Shown: piece by piece, positions 41,743 through 50,213 of the stretch
Position numbering within the stretch: position 1 is the first letter of the stretch
Layout: the number at the start of each line of letters is the position of its first letter
Origin: an uncultured delta proteobacterium
Lineage (GTDB): Bacteria; Desulfobacterota; RBG-13-43-22
Assembly (NCBI GenBank): GCA_963802945.1
Contig: CAWDKY010000015.1
Coordinates: forward strand, 128,001-192,000
Direction of reading: 5' to 3'
DNA length: 64,000 nt
Translations under genes and position numbers: made by a program
The notes under the pieces: generated by a model
Databases searched by the model: none
Told to the model about the DNA's origin: nothing
The model's input: the letters and a program-made list of their open reading frames with translations, nothing else

Positions 41743-43691
41743 AACAACCTCTGTGGGTGCCATCCGAGGAAAGAAAAAAAAATTCAAACATGACACGTTT
41801 CATGGGGTATGTGAATAGACGATTTAATAAGGAGTTTACAGGATATTTCGATCTTTATGACTGGTCAGTTAATAATATTCCCGATTTCTGGACCAGTGTT
41901 TGGGATTTCTTGGAAATCAAGGCATCGAGGAAGTACGATAAGGTAGTGGATGATTTAAGCAAGTTCCCAGGCGCTCAGTGGTTTGTCGGGGCCGAGCTCA
42001 ACTTTGCCGAGAACCTCCTGCGATACCGGGATGAAGAGGTTGCCATTGTCTTCAAATGTGAAACAAAGCCCTCGGTCTCCAAAACCTACGAAGAACTGTA
42101 TAGGACTGTGGGACGTCTGGCGACTTCCTTAAAAGAAGAGGGTGTGACCAAGGAAGACAGGGTAGTGGCCTACATGCCGAATATGGCCGAGACGGCAATG
42201 GCTATGCTCGCCGCTACAAGCATCGGCGCCATCTGGGCCAGTTGCGGTTCAGAGCTGGGTAGGCAGGCGGTGATAGACCGTTTCAGCCAGATAGAACCAA
42301 AGGTTCTCTTCACTGTCGATGGGTACCTTTACAAGAATAAGCCATTCAACATGCTCAACGATGTGAAGGCGGTTGTGGAAGCGGTCCCCTCCATAGAAAA
42401 AGTGGTTATTGTCTCCTACGTCAGTGAAAAGCCTGACATCAGCTCCATACCTCATGCCGTGCCATATGATGAATTCATTTCTGGAGAAGACACAGAGATT
42501 GTTTTCGAGCAGGTCCCAGCCAACCACCCCGTTTATATCATGTTTTCTTCCGGCACCACAGGAAAGCCAAAATGCATGGTCCAAAGCGTGGCCGGCGTAC
42601 TGCTAAACCAGATGAAGGAGCTTATCATCCACTCCGATCTAAAACGGGAAGATACAGTGCTCTATATGACCGCTCCCTCCTGGATGATGTGGAACTGGCT
42701 CATGGGCACTCTTGCGGTAGGTGCTAAAATGGTCCTCTTCGACGGGAACCCCGGTTATCCCGATGCAGGTGCCATGTGGCGGCTTATAGATGAGGAGAAA
42801 ATCACCTTTTTTGGGACAAGCGCGACTTATATCAATATGCTGAAGAGCCAGAATTTCAAGCCTAAAGATCTCTTTAGCCTTGCTACCCTTAAATCCATAG
42901 GCCAAACCGGCTCCCCCCTCTCTGTTGAAGGATTTGAGTATGTATACCAGTCCATCAAAAAGGAGGTCCATTTCAACTCCCTTGCGGGAGGTACCGACAT
43001 TAACGGTTGCTTTGCCATCGGGACCCCGATGCTTCCAGTATATGCAGGACAGCTCCAGTGCCCTGCGCTGGGTATGAAGGTAAAGGCGTACGATGAAAAA
43101 GGGAATCCTGTCTATGACAAACAGGCAGAACTCGTCTGTGAATCCCCGGCCCCTTCCATGCCGCTTCGTTTCTGGAATGACCCGGAATTTAAAAAATATT
43201 ACGATGCATACTTCACCGTATACCCAGGGATATGGCGACATGGTGATTACGTAGAGTTCTATTTCGATACCCGTGGAATCACCTTCTTCGGTCGCTCCGA
43301 CGCCTTATTAAAACCCTCCGGTGTCCGCATAGGTACTGCCGAGATCTATAATATCGTAGACGAGTTTATTGAAGTAGCGGACAGTGTGGCCATCGGACAG
43401 AACTGGGAGGGCGATCAGCGGGTCCTCCTCTTCGTGAGGCTCGCTCCCGGTGCGAGCCTAACCGACGATCTGAAGTCCAGAATTAAGACAGCCCTTAGAG
43501 ACAAGGCGTCTCCCCGCCATGTACCGGCCTTGATCATCGAAGTGCCTGACATACCTTACACATTCAGCTCCAAGAAAGTGGAGAGCGCCATCACGAATAT
43601 CGTGAACGGCAAGCCGGTTACCAACAAAGATGCCCTAATCAATCCGGAGGCCTTAGAGTTCTTCCGGAATCTCCCGGAGCTACAAAAATAA
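41739..43691 (+). CDS. Acetoacetate--CoA ligase
   Basis: PLWVPS, LNFAENLL, FSSGTTGKPKCMV, WMMWNW, GGTDINGCF, WRHGD, GRSDALLKPSGVRIGTAEIY. Confidence 0.92.
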   Translation: MKQPLWVPSEERKKNSNMTRFMGYVNRRFNKEFTGYFDLYDWSVNNIPDFWTSVWDFLEIKASRKYDKVVDDLSKFPGAQWFVGAELNFAENLLRYRDEEVAIVFKCETKPSVSKTYEELYRTVGRLATSLKEEGVTKEDRVVAYMPNMAETAMAMLAATSIGAIWASCGSELGRQAVIDRFSQIEPKVLFTVDGYLYKNKPFNMLNDVKAVVEAVPSIEKVVIVSYVSEKPDISSIPHAVPYDEFISGEDTEIVFEQVPANHPVYIMFSSGTTGKPKCMVQSVAGVLLNQMKELIIHSDLKREDTVLYMTAPSWMMWNWLMGTLAVGAKMVLFDGNPGYPDAGAMWRLIDEEKITFFGTSATYINMLKSQNFKPKDLFSLATLKSIGQTGSPLSVEGFEYVYQSIKKEVHFNSLAGGTDINGCFAIGTPMLPVYAGQLQCPALGMKVKAYDEKGNPVYDKQAELVCESPAPSMPLRFWNDPEFKKYYDAYFTVYPGIWRHGDYVEFYFDTRGITFFGRSDALLKPSGVRIGTAEIYNIVDEFIEVADSVAIGQNWEGDQRVLLFVRLAPGASLTDDLKSRIKTALRDKASPRHVPALIIEVPDIPYTFSSKKVESAITNIVNGKPVTNKDALINPEALEFFRNLPELQK

Positions 43692-43831
43692 AGTTACACA
43701 TAACAAGATCGTAAGATGAAAATAAAATGAAGAAGTCTAAACCCTCATGTCAAACCTGCCTAACCCTGATGAATCAGGCAGGGCATGCTCCCCAATATCA
43801 ACACCGACAATCTTCAATATATTGCTAAAAC

Positions 43832-44689
43832 ATGACACCGGAATCTGAAAAAATAAAAAGTAAACCCCTTTCCGGGAAGGTAGCCTTGGTGACCGGCGCT
43901 TCGCGTGGTCTGGGAAGGGCGATTGCCCTTGCCCTTGGTAAGGCCGGGGCTGATGTCGCAGTAACGGATCTTCTCATCGAAGATGCCGAATATGATGCCC
44001 AAGCATTAAGTGCATACAGCCCTCTGGCCGGACATTTCTCCCATGCCGGTGAAGTCAAAACCTTGGAAACGGCAAGGGAAATCCAGGCAATGGGTTCAAT
44101 GAGTCGTGCATGGAGAATGGATGTTACCGAACCTGAAGCAGTAAAGAGGGTGGTACAAGCAGTTGAAGCAGAACTCGGCCAGGTCGACATCCTCGTGAAC
44201 AATGCTGCGGTCATGGACAATTTCGGAAAATTTGAAGAGCAAAAGTACGAGCGGTGGCAACGCGACCTTAACGTCAATCTCACCGGTGCCTACAACTGTA
44301 TCAAGGCTGTGTGGAGGGGTATGGTGCGAAAGCATGGTGGGCGAATCATCAATATCTCTTCGGTGACAGCCCTCATGGGGGCTTCCCTACAACCGTCCTA
44401 CGGGGTAACCAAGGCCGGGTTGATCGGCCTGTCCAAGTCATTGGCTATAGAGGCCGGCCAACACGGTATCACGGTTAATGCTGTCTGCCCGGGTTTCATC
44501 GACACTGAAGCAGTACAACTATACGATGAACGAATGAAGGAACGGATCGAGAAAAAAATTGTCCTCAGGCGCATGGGCCGTCCAGATGAGGTTGCTCAGG
44601 TAGTGGCTTTCCTTGCCTCGGATGGTGCTTCATATATTACTGGGGCGATAATCCCTATAACTGGGGGAATTGATCTACTCGCGCTATAA
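43832..44689 (+). CDS. Short-chain dehydrogenase/reductase (FabG-like)
   Basis: TGASRGLG, NNAA, YGVTKAG, VCPGFIDT. Confidence 0.9.
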   Translation: MTPESEKIKSKPLSGKVALVTGASRGLGRAIALALGKAGADVAVTDLLIEDAEYDAQALSAYSPLAGHFSHAGEVKTLETAREIQAMGSMSRAWRMDVTEPEAVKRVVQAVEAELGQVDILVNNAAVMDNFGKFEEQKYERWQRDLNVNLTGAYNCIKAVWRGMVRKHGGRIINISSVTALMGASLQPSYGVTKAGLIGLSKSLAIEAGQHGITVNAVCPGFIDTEAVQLYDERMKERIEKKIVLRRMGRPDEVAQVVAFLASDGASYITGAIIPITGGIDLLAL

Positions 44690-45012
44690 AACACGGCGAA
44701 AAGAATTCAAGAGCAAACAAAGTTCAGAAATACAGAAATCTACTCTTAGTATTTTAGGTTTATCTCCTGGCAAAATATTCGGATTTAAAATTTATTCCAA
44801 GGAATTCTGTTTTTTTTAACAGGCACTTTTTTTGTTTGCGAATCTTTTTCCTCTCTCGTTAATGAAGAATTTTTCCAGTCTGGTATCCTTGTGTTTCTTC
44901 GACATTCCATCTCTATTACCATTTGAACTCTTGTCTTTTTATAAAATAGAAATTTGAACATTACAGTACTACTCATTTTCTTGAAAATTTGCCCCACTGC
45001 ACCGAATTCAAA

Positions 45013-45071
45013 TGTTACACCTACAAGTCCACGAAAAACATAGCCCCAAAATTTAACGATTACAGAATGAA
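45013..45071 (+). repeat. Non-coding direct repeat A, copy 2
   Basis: See 19704..19762. Confidence 0.65.
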
Positions 45072-45138
45072 AATCCTATTTTCTTGGTGGATTACCTAAG
45101 TCTAACGATTGGCATCCCTTGACGTAAAAAGCTGCAGG

Positions 45139-45990
45139 TTATTTTCGTTCAGTTGAGTGTCCTTGTTCGATAGCCATATTTTTCAGTTGCTTTCTTAGCA
45201 AGTCAACGGCCGGGGCTGCTTGCAGGAAGACTTCCTCGGCTTTGCCAAAATCGAGCATCCGCACACCTTGGATCTCCGGCTGGACATAGATGTCAGGTTT
45301 CCGATGTTTCATCTTTTCAGCGAGGGCAGAAGCCTGCATGATATCGAAAGCCCCAAGAACGGATTCAAGAGCACCAGGAATTTCATGTTTGCCAGGATTG
45401 CGTGTCTTGCTCACATCTACTGCTATGGTGACATCGGCTCGTTCTAAAAGGTGGTCGTAAGGCACCAGGTTTACGACGCCTCCATCGACAAGAACTTTGC
45501 CTGCAATAGACACTGGGGCAAAAACCCCCGGAACAGCCATGCTGGCCTGTAGAGCAGGAAGCAAGTCATCTGTTTCAAACACGATTTCCTCCGCAGTCCA
45601 ATAGTCTGCGGCAATTACTAAAAGAGGGACCTCAAGCTCTTCGAAAGTTCGCATCTTAATCTCGCAAAAGAGGTACTCGAAGAATCCCTGAGTGTTAATA
45701 AACCCACCGCGTGGAAATTCCGCGGAAAACGCCGTGACCAATTTCAATAAATCGCTTTTCTTGGCGATGATGTCCCGCCAAGTATCATCTTTCAGGATGA
45801 GATGTCTGTTGATGCGTTCCCTGATCTCCTTTCCAGACATCCCAGAGGCATAGAGAGCCCCAATGATTGCACCCATACTGGTTCCTGTAATGATACTCGG
45901 CTTGATACCAAAATCATCAAGAGTCTCAAGGATAGGAATATGCGCCAAACCCCGAACACCCCCACCTCCCAAAGCCAAGCCTATTTTCAT
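45139..45990 (-). CDS. Patatin-like phospholipase
   Basis: GGGGVRG, GTSMG, DGG. Confidence 0.92.
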   Translation of the reverse strand: MKIGLALGGGGVRGLAHIPILETLDDFGIKPSIITGTSMGAIIGALYASGMSGKEIRERINRHLILKDDTWRDIIAKKSDLLKLVTAFSAEFPRGGFINTQGFFEYLFCEIKMRTFEELEVPLLVIAADYWTAEEIVFETDDLLPALQASMAVPGVFAPVSIAGKVLVDGGVVNLVPYDHLLERADVTIAVDVSKTRNPGKHEIPGALESVLGAFDIMQASALAEKMKHRKPDIYVQPEIQGVRMLDFGKAEEVFLQAAPAVDLLRKQLKNMAIEQGHSTERK

Positions 45991-46160
45991 AGCCCTCCCT
46001 TTTCAGTATATCGAACAAGTTATTCTAAAGAAATGCATATCTCCTTATTTTGCCTGATATGCAGAAAAGTGATCTTTAGTTTTTATCCGATTTCATTTTT
46101 ATGGACATGAAATACCCTTTTGTAAAACTATTAACTTCAAATAGTTGACCCTTAGCTCAT

Positions 46161-46200
46161 TAAAACAAAAACCCCCCTCTCGTTTGAGAAATGGGGTTTC
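46161..46200 (-). terminator. Intrinsic terminator-like hairpin (repeated leader copy 1)
   Basis: Minus strand aaaccccatttctc-aaac-gagaggggggtttttgtttt. Confidence 0.55.
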
Positions 46201-46413
46201 CTTAATTCCTCCATATGCTTGCCTCCCTTTAGGGTAAAGGGGCGTTGCTGTGGGAACGAACATCAATGCGATAATAATCAAGGCAATGTGTTTCATTGAA
46301 ACCTCGTCTCTTTTCTTTGATGAAGTCCAGCGACACAGAGGACTCCATCGCGGTCAGTCTTTCGCTCGGGAAAGCTGTATCGCTGGCATGGTCGAACCAG
46401 GCGTACAGATTTT

Positions 46414-46986
46414 TCACGAGCGAGCGGCTTGGCCACCGAACGTTCGCATCTTAAACGACAGCAGCACGAGGAGAAGGCCAAACAAGAAGGCATAAGTAGC
46501 GATCAGCCAAAGAAGGGCGAGAGCACCCACGATTGGCTGCGCCATGAGGATAACACCGAACACGACCGATACGAGACCGCCGAAAACGAGCAGCCACTCA
46601 TTCTTTATCTCTTTGCGCAGACGTATCGCGGCCACGATTTCAAGAACGCCCGTGGCAATCGCCCAGATTGAGATGTAGAACAGAAGTGCCAGCGCGGTGA
46701 TACCGGGCACCAGTAAAGTCAGGATTCCAACGCCAATGCCGATTAGTCCCCACAGGAGCAGTACCCCCCAGTGTTCGTGCTCCTTGCGTCCCGTAATGGC
46801 GGTCCAGACCCCGAGGCTGCCGTCCACCAGGATGTATGCACCGAAGAGTAACACCAACGTAGCGAGCGAGATCCCAGGCAGAAGCCATGTCAGGATACCG
46901 AATGCGATGGCAGCAAGACCACGAAGCAGCAGCACCCACCAGTTGCGGGAAAGAATAGTGGAAAGTTGCTTCTCTATAATGTTCAT
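46414..46986 (-). CDS. HdeD/DUF308 family membrane protein
   Basis: WWVLLLRGLAAIAFG, LVLLFGAYILVDG, AIRLRKEIKNEWLL. Confidence 0.88.
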   Translation of the reverse strand: MNIIEKQLSTILSRNWWVLLLRGLAAIAFGILTWLLPGISLATLVLLFGAYILVDGSLGVWTAITGRKEHEHWGVLLLWGLIGIGVGILTLLVPGITALALLFYISIWAIATGVLEIVAAIRLRKEIKNEWLLVFGGLVSVVFGVILMAQPIVGALALLWLIATYAFLFGLLLVLLSFKMRTFGGQAARS

Positions 46987-47082
46987 GATTGATCTCCTCC
47001 TTTCAATTAATGGTTAACAGCAAATTAATACAACCCTTTTATCACTTTGGGTAAATCTTTTTCAAATTCACTCATTCTCTTT

Positions 47083-47123
47083 AAAAAAACAAAATCCCCA
47101 CCTCTCTCTTGAAAAATGGGGTC
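47083..47123 (-). terminator. Intrinsic terminator-like hairpin (repeated leader copy 2)
   Basis: Minus strand accccatttttc-aaga-gagaggtggggattttgttttttt. Confidence 0.55.
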
Positions 47124-47251
47124 TATCATTTTTACATCGACACTCCCTTGGTAAAAGGTTGCCAACAAGAAACTTTTTTAAATTGCTTTAGATTTCCTAC
47201 CCCTTAATCGGTAAAAAGTCAATGAAACTTGACTCATTTTCGTTGATTACC

Positions 47252-47289
47252 GTTTGCACTCTTCTGATTTTTTCAAAATCGAATTTTGA
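47252..47289 (+). repeat. Non-coding direct repeat B, copy 2
   Basis: 37/38 identical to 23761..23798. Confidence 0.85.
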
Positions 47290-47395
47290 GGATTTCACGA
47301 AGTAATGACCTATAGTCGTCTTTACACCTATTGTCAAGAAAACGCTGTCCAAGGGCAAAAAAAATTCTGTCTAAATAGCTTATTCCAGTTTAAGG

Positions 47396-47576
47396 TTGAT
47401 GATGTCTTAGTAAGTCATCAAATAGGACGGCAAAGGAAAAAGCTCTCCCGCCAAAGGCGGGACTAGGCGCGCAAGCCCTTAGGAATGAGAGGTACATAGA
47501 AGTACGCCGCAATGACAAAAGGTGCAGCGCAATCCCGCGAAACGCGGGACTGATGGACTTTTTACGAAGGCGTCAA
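47396..47576. mobile_element. MITE/REP-like intergenic repeat
   Basis: Core aggaatgag..gtacatagaagtacgccgca shared with 63120..63319; carries internal hairpins tcccgccaaaggcggga and tcccgcgaaacgcggga. Confidence 0.65.
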
Positions 47577-49144
47577 GGTCGATGCTCTGGTCTCAACAGA
47601 TCATTGATGGTCTTGACCGGACTAAAAGTCTGGATGGGCACCTCCACAAAGATGGTAATCCATTTGGCCATAGCGCCGTTCCACAGCCCAGGCAATTCCA
47701 GGGCCTTAAGGTCTCGCCCATTTTGGGATTTCCGAGAAATAAAAACGGCCTCTGGATCTACATACCGGTTTAGATCAAAGGGCCGGCCTTCATAATCTCG
47801 AACGGAACAGACCAGATCAACCGGATTGAAATGAGTGGAAGCCGCCCATCGGGCCTTTTGTTCGGGGGATTCGGGATCGAGCTGAGCCTTTTCCACAATC
47901 TGCAGGGAAAGGGATCCCTCCTTTCCTTCCACCCAGAATGGTCCACCACCGGGTTCTCCTTCGTTCTTGACCATGCCGCAGACCCGAATAGGTCGGTTTA
48001 ATAAATTGAACAGATAAGTGTTTTGTTCTTTAAGGGACCAATTGGCAAACCCTGGGGGTTCAGAAAACCAAAGCCAGTCCCGGCAAAAACTAACGGATTC
48101 TTTAAGAAGCTCTGGAGTACCCATTCCTTCGGCCAATTTCCTCGTGAGGGGATGAATCATTTGCTCAATTTTAACCAGGTAGCCGCCCAGAATTTTTTTC
48201 CAGACAATCGTCGCTTCTTTCAGCCGATCGGGCTGGACATTATCGATATTTTTAATATAGATCAGATCGCCCTGAAGATCGTTCAGGTTTTTAATCAGGG
48301 CCCCGTGACCACCGGGCCTAAAAAGAAGTGCTCCGGAATCGTCTCGAAAAGGCCTGTTGTTTAAATCTACGGCCAGAGTATCGGTGGAACGGCTCTGGAA
48401 AGAAAAGGAGACTTTAAAACGGCAGCGGTATCGCTTCTCATAGGCCGGTTGCAGGGTTTTAAAAAAATTATTAAAGGTGTCTCCATGTTCTGGTGAGATC
48501 GTGATATGAAGATGGCATTGTCCGGTTCGATCACAAATCGTATGAACAGCCTCAACCAGGTGTTCTTCAAAGGCCGTTCGATTGTGATCCGGGTAAGTAT
48601 GGAATTGATGTAATCCCTTAGGTCGATTCAGGTAATTCAAACCGCGGTCAGTGAGGAGATAGTCTAAAATCTCTCCCCATTGATTTTGCCGGATGGCCTT
48701 TATGATGTTCAGTCCGTCTTGGGCCATCGATCCTTTCAAATCTTCAAAAAAAGCAAACTGATCGATTCTCCGGATAAACCTGGCCAATTCTCCGGCTTGT
48801 GGATCATTTTCGCTTAATTCCGTTTGACTTCCATCAAGGTTAAATTTAGATCGAATCAGAGAAAAGGATAGGATATCCTGAAACATCCGCGTGGCTGCGC
48901 CTGAAGCGGGGACGAATTTTATAAATCGACCTTGCCGGGCCGCTCCCTCCTGCAATGAAATCAAGGCTTCTGTTTCTGAGGAAGGGACCTCATGAATTCC
49001 GTCACCCAGAGTACACGGACGGTGAAGGCGAAGATACCCGGAAGTCCTTTGAAATAGCGCCATCTGTGCCCTCACTTGATTTTCGGAAACCCCCAGCTTG
49101 GACATCAACTGCAGATCATCCTGATTGAATGCCCAGTCCTTCAT
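47573..49144 (-). CDS. DUF4301 family protein
   Basis: KFVPASGAATRMF, FRPGGHGAL, IKNIDNV, RPIRVCGMVKNEGEPGGGPFW, LPGLWNGAMA. Confidence 0.88.
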   Translation of the reverse strand: MKDWAFNQDDLQLMSKLGVSENQVRAQMALFQRTSGYLRLHRPCTLGDGIHEVPSSETEALISLQEGAARQGRFIKFVPASGAATRMFQDILSFSLIRSKFNLDGSQTELSENDPQAGELARFIRRIDQFAFFEDLKGSMAQDGLNIIKAIRQNQWGEILDYLLTDRGLNYLNRPKGLHQFHTYPDHNRTAFEEHLVEAVHTICDRTGQCHLHITISPEHGDTFNNFFKTLQPAYEKRYRCRFKVSFSFQSRSTDTLAVDLNNRPFRDDSGALLFRPGGHGALIKNLNDLQGDLIYIKNIDNVQPDRLKEATIVWKKILGGYLVKIEQMIHPLTRKLAEGMGTPELLKESVSFCRDWLWFSEPPGFANWSLKEQNTYLFNLLNRPIRVCGMVKNEGEPGGGPFWVEGKEGSLSLQIVEKAQLDPESPEQKARWAASTHFNPVDLVCSVRDYEGRPFDLNRYVDPEAVFISRKSQNGRDLKALELPGLWNGAMAKWITIFVEVPIQTFSPVKTINDLLRPEHRP

Positions 49145-49159
49145 GAGTTTTTTGCCTTA

Positions 49160-49360
49160 ACAGGTTACTGAAAAAGTCCCTTCACTCCCGCCGCTGGCGG
49201 GATTGCCCGTATTCTTCGGGATTTCTTCGCGTCAAAGACGACGCTCAGTCCCACCCCTACGGGGTGGTTCCCGGTTTCGGGACGCCTTGTAGTCGGTCGG
49301 CTTTGCCGACCTATATAAAGGCCTCCAAGGAGACCGAAAGAACCTTTTTGTGCAACCTGT
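49160..49360 (-). mobile_element. MITE-like repeat with ~18-bp terminal inverted repeats
   Basis: acaggttactgaaaaag ... cctttttgtgcaacctgt; interior is the reverse complement of part of 63120..63319. Confidence 0.75.
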
Positions 49361-49514
49361 AAAAAAGAGTTTTTCCGCAATAGAATTTTTCTCGGTGGTC
49401 AACACCCAAACCTATTGATGTTTTTCCCCTTGACTCCCTTTTGGCTTCCATTTTATATTCTTTCTGTCGGATTTTTCCAATCAAATATTTATCATCTGAA
49501 AAAAAGGAGCGACC

Positions 49515-50177
49515 ATGGAAACAAGCGATCTGGAAACATTAATCAAAAGCCGCCGTTCCATCCGTTTGTGGCAGGACAAGCCTGTTTCGGAAGATCAACT
49601 GCTTAAAGCCATAGAATTGGCTACTTATGCTTCTAACGCCGGGAATCAGCAAAACTGGCATTTTTACCTCATCCTTAACAGAGAGGTCATAAAGACCATT
49701 GCCGATGCCGTACAAGACAGCGCCAATTACGTGGCTTCTTTACCTGAGGCCGCTGGTTTCAGCGAATTTGCCGTTAGGATGTTGAAAGGCGCAGGGTTCT
49801 TTCGTCAGGCCCCTGCCGGCATTGCTGTGACCAGTAGCCAATATCAGTCGCCAGTGGATAAGATTCTGGAGGCCAGAGAAAAATCGAATCCTGAAGACAG
49901 CAAGGCCGCTCAAATCCGCCGTTGGCGTAACATCGCCAACTCACGAACTCAGTCCGCAGCCGCAGCTATTGCTTATCTACTTTTAATTTTACATCAAATG
50001 GGTTTAGGGGCGGTCTGGATGACCGGCCCGATGCAGGCTAAGGGTGACATAGAAAAGGTCCTCAAGGTTCCCGCTGGCCAGGATCTTATCGCTTACATTC
50101 CGGTTGGCTACCCATCTGAAACGCCGGCCCTAAGACCCAGAAAACCAATCCAAGAGGTTTGCGAAATCATAAGGTAA
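49515..50177 (+). CDS. Nitroreductase family protein
   Basis: IKSRRSIR, ASNAGNQQNWHF, GLGAVWM, IPVGYP. Confidence 0.9.
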   Translation: METSDLETLIKSRRSIRLWQDKPVSEDQLLKAIELATYASNAGNQQNWHFYLILNREVIKTIADAVQDSANYVASLPEAAGFSEFAVRMLKGAGFFRQAPAGIAVTSSQYQSPVDKILEAREKSNPEDSKAAQIRRWRNIANSRTQSAAAAIAYLLLILHQMGLGAVWMTGPMQAKGDIEKVLKVPAGQDLIAYIPVGYPSETPALRPRKPIQEVCEIIR

Positions 50178-50213
50178 CGATCATCTTAACCTTCAACCAC
50201 TCGAACCCTATTT

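Noticed and set aside
44690-45012. AT-rich stretch with a 70-aa ORF
   Set aside because: No recognisable motif; could be a decayed remnant but cannot be supported
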